Origin: Pseudomonadota bacterium
GTDB lineage: Bacteria; Pseudomonadota; Gammaproteobacteria; GCA-001735895
Reading direction: 5' to 3'
NCBI GenBank assembly: GCA_022563685.1
Contig: JADFMY010000001.1
Span: forward strand, 10,707-74,706
Length of the DNA stretch: 64,000 nt
The position numbers and the translations under genes are program-made. Below are positions 43,753-51,569 of the stretch, piece by piece. Numbering within the stretch: the first letter of the stretch is position 1; each line of letters begins with the position of its first letter. The notes under the pieces are model-generated. The model was not told the origin of the DNA. It did no database searches and saw only the letters and a list, made by a program, of their open reading frames with translations.

Positions 43753-46261
43753 CTCTTACCACCGTATCCATCCATCGTTGCCCACCACTGATCGGATCCG
43801 AACTGTTCGGAATGATCGAGTTGGGATGGGTGCCATATTTATCCCACCACTTGTTTTTAGCATCCGGGTCCGTTGAGGCGCCCCCGGCAATGGGAGAACT
43901 CTTACCCGATCCGTAGATACCAGAATACTGGCGCCCAAAGTGGTGCGAGATGGCGATGATGCCAGGGATGATGCCTTCGGTTACATGAGCGGTGGTGGTT
44001 ATCGAACCGAGAGCGCTCGATACCTTGATGCGATCACCATCCTTGATGTTACGCGCGGCAGCGGTCTTGCTGTTGATCCATGCCGGGTTATCGTGCTTGA
44101 TCTCGGACAGCCACTTGCAGTGGGCTGTACGCGAATGCGTATGTACCGCAACCTTGTAGGTAGTCAGGTGTAACTCATCCTTAGCCATCTTCTGATGCTC
44201 GGGTATCGGCGTGTAGGTCGGTAGTGCCGGGAATCCCTTGGACGCGAAGTTGTCGGAGTAAAAGTCGAGCAATCCGGACTTGAGGAACGAAGTGTTCGGC
44301 GGATAAGCCTTACGCGCCGTTCCGTTGATATCCTGGGCGACATAGGCATTCTTGGCGCCATCGACTCCCAGATAACCCTTGCTCCTGGCATCAGCCTTGC
44401 TGACTCCGGCCTTCTTGTAGTTCCAGTAGACGCCGGTTTCTTTATCGAGGATAACGCCGTCGCCGGAAACATCCGCTTTGGCCTCGTAGAAGCCGAAGTT
44501 AGGTTTGGCATTCTTATCGTGCCAGACCCCATATTTCTTCATGTACTCGAAGCCACCTGCTTCCTTGACACCAGGCGTCATATTGCATGACTGGCGGACA
44601 TAGTCTTCCTTGGTCTTATAGGCCAGTTTAAATCCGAGGCGCTTTGCCAGACCGTAAAAGATTTCACCCTGATCCCTGGATTCACCCAGTGGTTTGATCA
44701 AGGGTTGCCGGATGGTGTACTCGCCGACGCCGGTTGGCGACACCATATCATCGGTATCCCAGCGTTCCAGGTAGGTAACATCAGGCAGGATGAGGTCTGC
44801 ATATTGTGATGTTTCATCATAGACAATATTAGATGAAACGGAGAATGGAATGAGTTTCTCATCTTTTAAAATAGCTTCCGCTTCCTTGTTGTTGCCATTG
44901 ATAAAGGCCATGTTGTTACAGCTCGACCAGTAGACCTTGGGTCGACCATTTCGGCCGTCCTTGATCATTGGCAGATTTTGCTGGCTTACCTGATGTGTAG
45001 GAAACGCGGCTTCACCGGGGAAACCGTGGGTGATGTCGAGACCTTTTTGTATCTTGGCTTTCGGAGAATGGGGCGCTTTCCAGCCGGCACCGACACCCAT
45101 GACCCGACCGCCCTTTCTATCAAGGTTGTTAGTGATGGCCGACAACAACATCGCCGCACGTTCCTGGTCCGCGCCGTGATAGTGCATGACGGTGCCACGA
45201 TAGGTAATCAGGCAGGCCGATTTTGCCCTGGCGTAACCACGTGCGATCATCCTGATCTTATCGGCTGGAACATCGCTTTCTTTTTCGGCAAACTCGGGCG
45301 TGTACATGGCCACATGTTTCTTGATGGCAGCGATTTTCTCATCGTCCGAGGCGTGATAACTTGGCGTCACACGCATATATTTGAGGTGATCTTTGCGGAA
45401 CAGCCCTTCATTCATGATAACGTTAATCATGGACAACATCACCAGACCGTCCTTGCCCACCTTAATCGGAACCCACTCGGTTGACTTCGCGGCGGTGTTG
45501 GAAAGGCGCACGTCGAAGGTATAAAGTGGAACGCCACGATCCACCATTGCCCGGATTAGACGCTGCGATGTGGGGATGTGATTGGTGTGGGTTTCGAACT
45601 GATTTGAGCCGAAATTAACCACGTAATCGGTATTATCGTAGTCCCAGTTATCGTACATCCCACCCCATAAACTTTCCTGCCCGACCCATTTTGGTCCCTC
45701 ACATACCGATGTGTGCGTACCGATCGTTTTGGAGCCAAAGGCGTCCATAAAATCGTGCATAATCGAGGACTGGCTACCCTTGTGCCGTCCGTACTGGTAC
45801 ATAAACAACTCGGGTGTTCCAGCGTCACGTAGCGGCTTGAGTTTGGATGCCAGGAGGTCCAGGGCATCGTCCCAGGAAATTCTCTTCCATTTATGTTCCC
45901 CGCGCTTGCCGACGCGCTGCATCGGGTACAGCAGACGATCCGGGAAGTAAACCTGGTTTACACCGGCCTGCCCCTTGGCGCAGAACTTACCGAGGGTACG
46001 GATAGATTTCGGGTGCCCCTCCAGTTTTACCAGGCGTCCGTCTTCGACAAAGCCTATCATCGAGTCACGAGTTACGCACTGCCAACAGGTAGAGGGTATA
46101 GCCTTACGTTCCTTCTTCGTGATCGGAGAAAAATCGCGACCACCCTCCTGCATTTTTATTGACCCAGCCAGTGCGTTCTGATTAACACCCACCCCAGCGA
46201 CTATAGCAGTGCCGCTAGCTGCGGCAAGTTTTACAAAATTACGACGATTCATTTTTTTCAT
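43739..46261 (-). CDS. Tat-exported molybdopterin oxidoreductase catalytic subunit of the Psr/Phs/Arr-like branch, substrate unknown
   Basis: Tat signal NRRNFVKLAAASG. The FS0 region CWQCVTRD...GKFCAKGQAG resembles Thermus PsrA CEMCFWRCG...GRLCARGNAG. A probable Cys Mo ligand lies in GTHTSVCEGPKW. 840 aa. Confidence 0.8.
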   Translation of the reverse strand: MKKMNRRNFVKLAAASGTAIVAGVGVNQNALAGSIKMQEGGRDFSPITKKERKAIPSTCWQCVTRDSMIGFVEDGRLVKLEGHPKSIRTLGKFCAKGQAGVNQVYFPDRLLYPMQRVGKRGEHKWKRISWDDALDLLASKLKPLRDAGTPELFMYQYGRHKGSQSSIMHDFMDAFGSKTIGTHTSVCEGPKWVGQESLWGGMYDNWDYDNTDYVVNFGSNQFETHTNHIPTSQRLIRAMVDRGVPLYTFDVRLSNTAAKSTEWVPIKVGKDGLVMLSMINVIMNEGLFRKDHLKYMRVTPSYHASDDEKIAAIKKHVAMYTPEFAEKESDVPADKIRMIARGYARAKSACLITYRGTVMHYHGADQERAAMLLSAITNNLDRKGGRVMGVGAGWKAPHSPKAKIQKGLDITHGFPGEAAFPTHQVSQQNLPMIKDGRNGRPKVYWSSCNNMAFINGNNKEAEAILKDEKLIPFSVSSNIVYDETSQYADLILPDVTYLERWDTDDMVSPTGVGEYTIRQPLIKPLGESRDQGEIFYGLAKRLGFKLAYKTKEDYVRQSCNMTPGVKEAGGFEYMKKYGVWHDKNAKPNFGFYEAKADVSGDGVILDKETGVYWNYKKAGVSKADARSKGYLGVDGAKNAYVAQDINGTARKAYPPNTSFLKSGLLDFYSDNFASKGFPALPTYTPIPEHQKMAKDELHLTTYKVAVHTHSRTAHCKWLSEIKHDNPAWINSKTAAARNIKDGDRIKVSSALGSITTTAHVTEGIIPGIIAISHHFGRQYSGIYGSGKSSPIAGGASTDPDAKNKWWDKYGTHPNSIIPNSSDPISGGQRWMDTVVRVAKA

Positions 46262-46293
46262 GTCAATTCCTCTCTTTTACATGCTGTCAGGGT

Positions 46294-47154
46294 TTATATG
46301 ATTTGATCCACAAAGTGGTCAAGTTTGCCCTTCTTCCGCTTCGTATAGAGGGTCTTCAGTAAATTATCCGGATCGATATAGAACACATGCGGGTTGGTAT
46401 CCTCTTCTGGAAGTAGCACATTGGTACTTGCGGTACCCGTGGTCAGATTGTGTTCTTTAACAAGCTTCGAGACTTCACTGTTCGGGTCGTTTAGATCTCC
46501 GAAAATTCGGGCTCGCCCCTGGCAGGTATTGACACAGGATGGCTCAACACCGTTGTCGATACGATGAACGCACATATCGCATTTATCTACCGCCTGTTCG
46601 GCCGGATCAGCCCCCGCTTTAACAAAGGGATCGAACGAACGCACACCATAGGGGCAGGCATCTATACATTTTCCACAGCCGATACACAGGTCTTTGTCGA
46701 TCAGGATCAAGCCGTCCGGTCGTTTGAAGGTAGCACCGCCACGGTAACGTATGGTCTTACCATCGGCAGTTTTATACTTGAGACGTGCTCCCGGGAATTC
46801 AGGGCACTCTTTAACACAGGGAGGAATACCATCCTCTTTGTTGCCTTCGCAGTGATTACACATCAAGGGCAAAAACACCTTCTTGGTGTTCGGGAAAGTC
46901 CCCATAGTTACCTCTTGAATAACCGCCCTGAATCGGCCAAGAGACACGTTGTTTTCGGATTTACAGGCCACAGTACAGGCTCTGCAACCGATACATCGCC
47001 TGAGGTCCATCACCATCGCCCAGCGAGGTGCTTTCGCTTGCGCCGCCTGAAGATTCGCTCCGGGTGTCGCCAGTGCTGCCGTGCCTACGGCCGCTGTTCC
47101 GACGCCTCCCAAAAATTTACGCCGACTGATTTGTGGTTTTTTCTGGTCACTCAT
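46294..47154 (-). CDS. Tat-exported four-cluster [4Fe-4S] ferredoxin subunit
   Basis: Tat signal SRRKFLGGVG. Cys groups are CIGCRACTVAC, CNHCEG...CVKECP, CIGCGKCIDACP and CDMC...CVNTC. Confidence 0.85.
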   Translation of the reverse strand: MSDQKKPQISRRKFLGGVGTAAVGTAALATPGANLQAAQAKAPRWAMVMDLRRCIGCRACTVACKSENNVSLGRFRAVIQEVTMGTFPNTKKVFLPLMCNHCEGNKEDGIPPCVKECPEFPGARLKYKTADGKTIRYRGGATFKRPDGLILIDKDLCIGCGKCIDACPYGVRSFDPFVKAGADPAEQAVDKCDMCVHRIDNGVEPSCVNTCQGRARIFGDLNDPNSEVSKLVKEHNLTTGTASTNVLLPEEDTNPHVFYIDPDNLLKTLYTKRKKGKLDHFVDQII

Positions 47155-47216
47155 TTTTTTCTCTCCTGTTCATCTTCTTTAACCTTTACAGTTGTTGATT
47201 GGTTAGATCTGTCTCT

Positions 47217-48731
47217 TTAGTCAGTTATTCTTGCTGCTTCGAGCAGGTCGATAGTGTCTTCGAACTTGCCGAATGCCCCATCGAGAATAGTGATCGCATA
47301 CTTCTTGTTATGTACGCCATTACCCACTCGCACAATATCGAGTAGCTCAACGCCCTCTGCGATCATCGCATCTGCCTGGCTTAGTTGCTCCTCATTCAGG
47401 CTGTTCTTTAATTCAACCAGGAGCTCACGCACTTCTGCCTCGACTTCTTCTGCGTCTGAAACCTCATCCTCAAGCGTTTTTTTCCACTTACTGAGCATTT
47501 TTATGTGCTGCTCTGTATGGCATGCAGCACAGGTATCACCCGATGCGGTGCGCACATCATGCCCCCTGCTCACAGTCTTTTTGAGATGACAACCCATGCA
47601 GTTGGTGTTGACTTCATACATCAGGTGGGGGGCACCTGAGATTTCTTCATTAACTGGAATACCTGCGAGCAACAGTTTCTGGTATTTATGCTGATCGACA
47701 TGGCAGAGCTGGCAATCTTCGCGCACAAAATCGAGATGATCGGTTCGGTTCCGGTGTTCGATTACACTATGACAATCAAAGCAGTCAGCCTTGTCAGGCA
47801 CATGCTTGTCATGCATGAGATCTCGGTCACCTGCGGTTGCCAGAAGCGTCTGGCTCCGGTTATGGCATGTCAGGCATCCGTTAGAGACAACATTTCCGGT
47901 ATCAACCTCCCCGCCACCTTTCACCACTTCAAAGTGGCAGCCCTCACAGGCAACCCCTGCTTCCTGCATCGTCTGATGCGTAATTGGGTCCTTGGTTAAG
48001 CGCTCATCGCCTGCCTTAAACTGGCTTTGTAACGACTCGGTTGGAATCGTGTGGCAGACATCACAACGGGATAACCCCTGGTTGAAATCTATAGTGGGTC
48101 TTTCGGCAAAGGTGATTTTCCTAATATCTCCATCGTTCATTACTGCCTTGTCAAGCGTAGGTTTTTGCAGCTTTAAATGACACAGGAAACAGATGTCTTC
48201 AGGCACCTCGAAATGTTTGTCTTCGGTGACCTTGAAATGACAGGTATCACAGGTAATTTGGTATCCGTCCAGGGCTTTATCGCCAAAGTGGACCTCGTGT
48301 TTGAAGCGCACCTTTTCTGTGAACTGTATCTCCATCGGCGCCAGCTTGTCGCGGTTGTGGCAGCCGGATCGCAGGCAGGAGCCGTCCTTTATGACCGGTC
48401 GAATGGGTAGTGGTGCTTCCGGGTCATAAAGGTAGGCAGCCAGGTGGCGTAGCCCTTCGTATTTGGCTTTGAGTGAATACTTCTCACCCGGCAGAAAGTG
48501 GCAGTCTATACAGTCAGCCTGCATTCCATCCGGATTATTGTTTTTGTGGTGAAAATCGGACTTCCAGGCATCGTACTGTTCTGTCATAGTGTGACAGCTG
48601 CCACCGCAAAAAGAGGACTGCGCAGTGTAATACTCTACACCCCCCCAGCTTGCTAGCAGAAACAGAACGGCCCCCACGAAAAAGAAAGCGGCCAGCCGCC
48701 AGGTAATGATAATATTTAGTTCCTCTCCCAA
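47217..48731 (-). CDS. membrane-anchored multihaem cytochrome c (10 CxxCH plus one CX3CH and one CX4CH)
   Basis: N-terminal TM helix, then CGGSCH (CX3CH), CIDCH, CLRSGCH (CX4CH), CDTCH, CFLCH, CDVCH, CEGCH, CLTCH, CFDCH, CQLCH, CMGCH and CAACH. TTG start. Confidence 0.8.
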   Translation of the reverse strand: MGEELNIIITWRLAAFFFVGAVLFLLASWGGVEYYTAQSSFCGGSCHTMTEQYDAWKSDFHHKNNNPDGMQADCIDCHFLPGEKYSLKAKYEGLRHLAAYLYDPEAPLPIRPVIKDGSCLRSGCHNRDKLAPMEIQFTEKVRFKHEVHFGDKALDGYQITCDTCHFKVTEDKHFEVPEDICFLCHLKLQKPTLDKAVMNDGDIRKITFAERPTIDFNQGLSRCDVCHTIPTESLQSQFKAGDERLTKDPITHQTMQEAGVACEGCHFEVVKGGGEVDTGNVVSNGCLTCHNRSQTLLATAGDRDLMHDKHVPDKADCFDCHSVIEHRNRTDHLDFVREDCQLCHVDQHKYQKLLLAGIPVNEEISGAPHLMYEVNTNCMGCHLKKTVSRGHDVRTASGDTCAACHTEQHIKMLSKWKKTLEDEVSDAEEVEAEVRELLVELKNSLNEEQLSQADAMIAEGVELLDIVRVGNGVHNKKYAITILDGAFGKFEDTIDLLEAARITD

Positions 48732-48830
48732 AATTAATTGCCTTGCTTACTCCTAATTCCGATTAACGGGATTAGTCAAATTATTATTTGCAATAAAGCC
48801 ACAAACGTCGCAAAGTCGCGATAAATACAA

Positions 48831-48847
48831 AGCAAAGGTCATGCCAC
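48831..48847 (-). promoter_or_regulatory. sigma-54 (-24/-12) promoter of the multihaem/FeS/Mo operon
   Basis: The reverse complement reads GTGGCATGACCTTTGCT, i.e. TGGCAT-N5-TTGCT. It lies ~100 nt upstream of the start at 48731. Confidence 0.6.
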
Positions 48848-48908
48848 ACTCATATATACTTGAAATAACAAAGGATAAAAACGACACGGTGATAGAAATT
48901 TCGAATTT

Positions 48909-48924
48909 GTTACCCGGCGGTAAC
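48909..48924. promoter_or_regulatory. GTTACC-N4-GGTAAC palindrome, candidate bEBP upstream activating site 1
   Basis: GTTACCcggcGGTAAC, centred ~85 bp upstream of the -12 element. Confidence 0.4.
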
Positions 48925-48999
48925 CTGTATTAAAAACTCGTAACTTTTCTGATTAGTACCCTAAATTCATGCAGTTAGGGTGTTAAGGGCGTAAAATTG

Positions 49000-49015
49000 G
49001 TTACCGATGGGTAAC
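49000..49015. promoter_or_regulatory. GTTACC-N4-GGTAAC palindrome, candidate upstream activating site 2
   Basis: GTTACCgatgGGTAAC has the same half-sites. It is 91 bp centre-to-centre from site 1 and 33 bp from the IS110 transposase stop. Confidence 0.35.
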
Positions 49016-49047
49016 AACACGCCCTGAGGTGGACAGCAACCCAGTAT

Positions 49048-50310
49048 TCAAGTTTTCACCGCAAACTTCAGTAATGGAGAGCCTCGGTCTTTAAGCGCCT
49101 GAAGATACTTTGATTCATCGTAAGGTTTACGATCTTTCCAGCATCTAAAAATGATTCTGATCCACTTGAATGCGAGTGAGCGGATAATCGTATTGTGTGG
49201 TTTTCCTTTTTGCATTTGTTGTTCGTAATAAGCCCTGGCCCAGAAGGAGTATCGAACGGTTTGCCCCGCCCATTCAACAAAGGTTTGTCGCAAGAATGTT
49301 GGACAACTGTATCGCCAGTGAGTCCAGCTCTTTTGGCCGCTTTGCTCGATCACGGGAGCGACACCACTGTATTTCTGTAGCTCGGCAGCGGCTTGATAAC
49401 GCTCACGATCGCTACCAAAAGCGACCAGTAGTCGCGGTGCGAACTGGGGTCCTGCGCCAGGCAGAGAATCGAACAGGGATCGATCTCGCATCGGTTTATA
49501 TAGACGACTGATTTCAGCATCGAGTCGTTTAATACCATCGAGCAAGTGCTTGAGTTGCGGCATGAGGACTTCGATGAGGATACGATTAGGCTTAATGATA
49601 CCCTCATCATCGGTCAGAGTGATCGCCGATTTAATCGCGTCGATACGGAGCTGATTGACCTGGAGATAGCGTGCGTTATGGGCATTGAAGAACGCCATCA
49701 AGGTTTTCTTTCGCGCCCGTTTGACTAGTACCAGTGATGGCCATTTAATGATGAAGTCACAAAAAACGTGCGTGTCTTTTTCGTTAAACCAATCAAGTAC
49801 TTGTGGATAGTAGTTCTTCAAAGTCGCGGTAATACAGTTGGTCAGATCGACGCGATCCTGTACCAGTTTACGCCGATATTCCAGTAGTTGTGCCAATGCA
49901 CGAACATCCGCTGACTCGGGCTGGATGGGTTTGAGCTTATCCATGTGTTTTTCCAGTATCTCGGTTTGCAGGTAAGCATCGCCGGGATCATCCTTTGCGC
50001 CACTTAAGGAGAAGGCTTTGCGATACCTCGCCACGGTTGCAGGATTAATCGGAAAGATGATGAGGTTGTTATATCGACTCAAGGCATAGATCAACGGCCC
50101 TTTTTTTAGTTCACACGCCACAGCAACGACCTGGCCTGGATAACGATTCTCCAATGCCGTGGCCCAGGCGTGCAGATCAGCTGGTTGACTGGAGATCACT
50201 GACCATTGGTAGTCTTTGGTTCCGATAGCTAATTCACAGATATCGTGTTTCTTATCTGCCCAGTCAATCCCGACAATGGCAGCAAAGTCATCGATAGAAA
50301 AATCTTTCAT
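49048..50310 (-). CDS. IS110-family DEDD transposase/recombinase
   Basis: N-terminal IVGIDWADKKHDICE...DDPGDAYL (DEDD_Tnp_IS110). C-terminal LDSLPGAGPQFAPRLLVAFG...YSGVAPVIEQSGQKS (Transposase_20). Confidence 0.9.
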   Translation of the reverse strand: MKDFSIDDFAAIVGIDWADKKHDICELAIGTKDYQWSVISSQPADLHAWATALENRYPGQVVAVACELKKGPLIYALSRYNNLIIFPINPATVARYRKAFSLSGAKDDPGDAYLQTEILEKHMDKLKPIQPESADVRALAQLLEYRRKLVQDRVDLTNCITATLKNYYPQVLDWFNEKDTHVFCDFIIKWPSLVLVKRARKKTLMAFFNAHNARYLQVNQLRIDAIKSAITLTDDEGIIKPNRILIEVLMPQLKHLLDGIKRLDAEISRLYKPMRDRSLFDSLPGAGPQFAPRLLVAFGSDRERYQAAAELQKYSGVAPVIEQSGQKSWTHWRYSCPTFLRQTFVEWAGQTVRYSFWARAYYEQQMQKGKPHNTIIRSLAFKWIRIIFRCWKDRKPYDESKYLQALKDRGSPLLKFAVKT

Positions 50311-50500
50311 CTGAGTGCTCCTGGCGTTACAGTTTGTATTGGAATGTGCTTGAACTCGTTTCTCGCAGGTCTTATAGAAAGTCGGTATGACGACAATCCC
50401 TGAGTATGCGTTTTGAAACGGTTCACTTCTGCTGACTCGAACGTCTTGTTAAAAACATTTGGGATGTCTTTGCGCTCAAATATTCGTAGTCAGCAGAAGC
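50311..50500 (-). ncRNA. candidate IS110 bridge/seek-RNA region (structured 5' non-coding end)
   Basis: A long-range stem: cttctgctgact(c)gaa at 50426-50441 pairs with ttcg(t)agtcagcagaag at 50483-50499. That is 12 perfect bp plus 4 bp after a 1-nt bulge, with a ~41-nt loop, immediately upstream of the transposase start. Confidence 0.25.
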
Positions 50501-50685
50501 ATGTTCCACCGAAACAGCAATAAAGGAAAATGATCAATTGATGGAACGGTCCAACTATAAGCGGTCAAATGGGGAAAATATTAAGTGCGAAGAACACTTC
50601 ACTTTTCCCCAGAAAGGAGTTAAAAATGATCTTGTCGGGCATAGCCAGGCAGTATCCCTGTGAAGTACATTAATGAGGAACAACA

Positions 50686-51552
50686 GTGCGATTGATTTGT
50701 CTTTTCTTGATATTCTGGATTACTCCAGGTTTTGCGGTCAGCGCAGAGCCGCCTATCCGCTTTGGCTTAACCGCGGTGATACTGACTGACAACATCAGGT
50801 TTCTCGATAAATGGAGTCAATACCTGGAAGTTAAAATGGGTCGCAAGGTCGAATTTGTGCTCAGAAGGTCCTATCAAGAGGTAATGGATCTATTGGTCTC
50901 GGGCGCCATCGATTTTGCGTGGATCTGCGGTTATCCCTACGTGCAAACAAGAAAACCGGAATCTCTTAAGCTCATGACAGTGCCTGTTTACCGCGGGGCG
51001 CCACTTTACTTCTCTTATATCATTGTCCCTCATAATAGCCCCTACAAACGATTTAGCGATCTGAAAGGAAAGATTTTTGCCTTCTCTGATCCTGACTCGA
51101 ATTCCGGCTTCCTCTATCCACAATCCTTGTTGGCGAAGCAGGGTGCTAAACCCGAGACCTTTTTCCGTCAAACATTTTTCACCTTCAATCATGCGGAGAC
51201 GGTACAGGCTGTTTCCGAGCAGGTTGCAGATGGCGGCGCGGTAGACTCATATATATGGGAATCCCTCGCCGCTATCAAACCGGAGGTCACCGAAAAGACT
51301 CGGATAATAAAAAAATCTCCCAGTTTTGGCTTCCCGCCTATTGTTTCAGGTTTAAGGGTAGACGCTGACACGGTCAAGTTGATGAAAAGTACACTCGAGA
51401 ATATGAACCAGGATGAAAACGGCAAAGCACTCCTTGCAAAACTCAAGCTGGATGGCTTTGGTGATTATCCGGATTCGCTATTCGACGGAATCCGCGCTAA
51501 CTTAAAAGCTATCCAAAGGATTACGCCGGATGTACTCGCTGTTACCAATTGA
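50686..51552 (+). CDS. periplasmic PhnD-like (phosphonate/oxyanion) binding protein, AioX/ArxX-like by context
   Basis: Signal peptide. PIRFGLTAV...YQEVMDLLVSGAIDFAW...FSDPDSNSGFLYP is the PhnD-family pattern. Followed directly by a histidine kinase and a sigma-54 response regulator. GTG start. Confidence 0.75.
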   Translation: MRLICLFLIFWITPGFAVSAEPPIRFGLTAVILTDNIRFLDKWSQYLEVKMGRKVEFVLRRSYQEVMDLLVSGAIDFAWICGYPYVQTRKPESLKLMTVPVYRGAPLYFSYIIVPHNSPYKRFSDLKGKIFAFSDPDSNSGFLYPQSLLAKQGAKPETFFRQTFFTFNHAETVQAVSEQVADGGAVDSYIWESLAAIKPEVTEKTRIIKKSPSFGFPPIVSGLRVDADTVKLMKSTLENMNQDENGKALLAKLKLDGFGDYPDSLFDGIRANLKAIQRITPDVLAVTN

Positions 51553-51569
51553 CTAATTGCAGAGTAAAA

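Larger units (their letters stand above)
49016..50530 (-). mobile_element. IS110-family insertion sequence (ends approximate)
   Basis: A single DEDD transposase gene with ~200 bp of structured non-coding DNA on its 5' side. This family lacks classical terminal inverted repeats, so I cannot fix the boundaries by eye. Confidence 0.6.
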
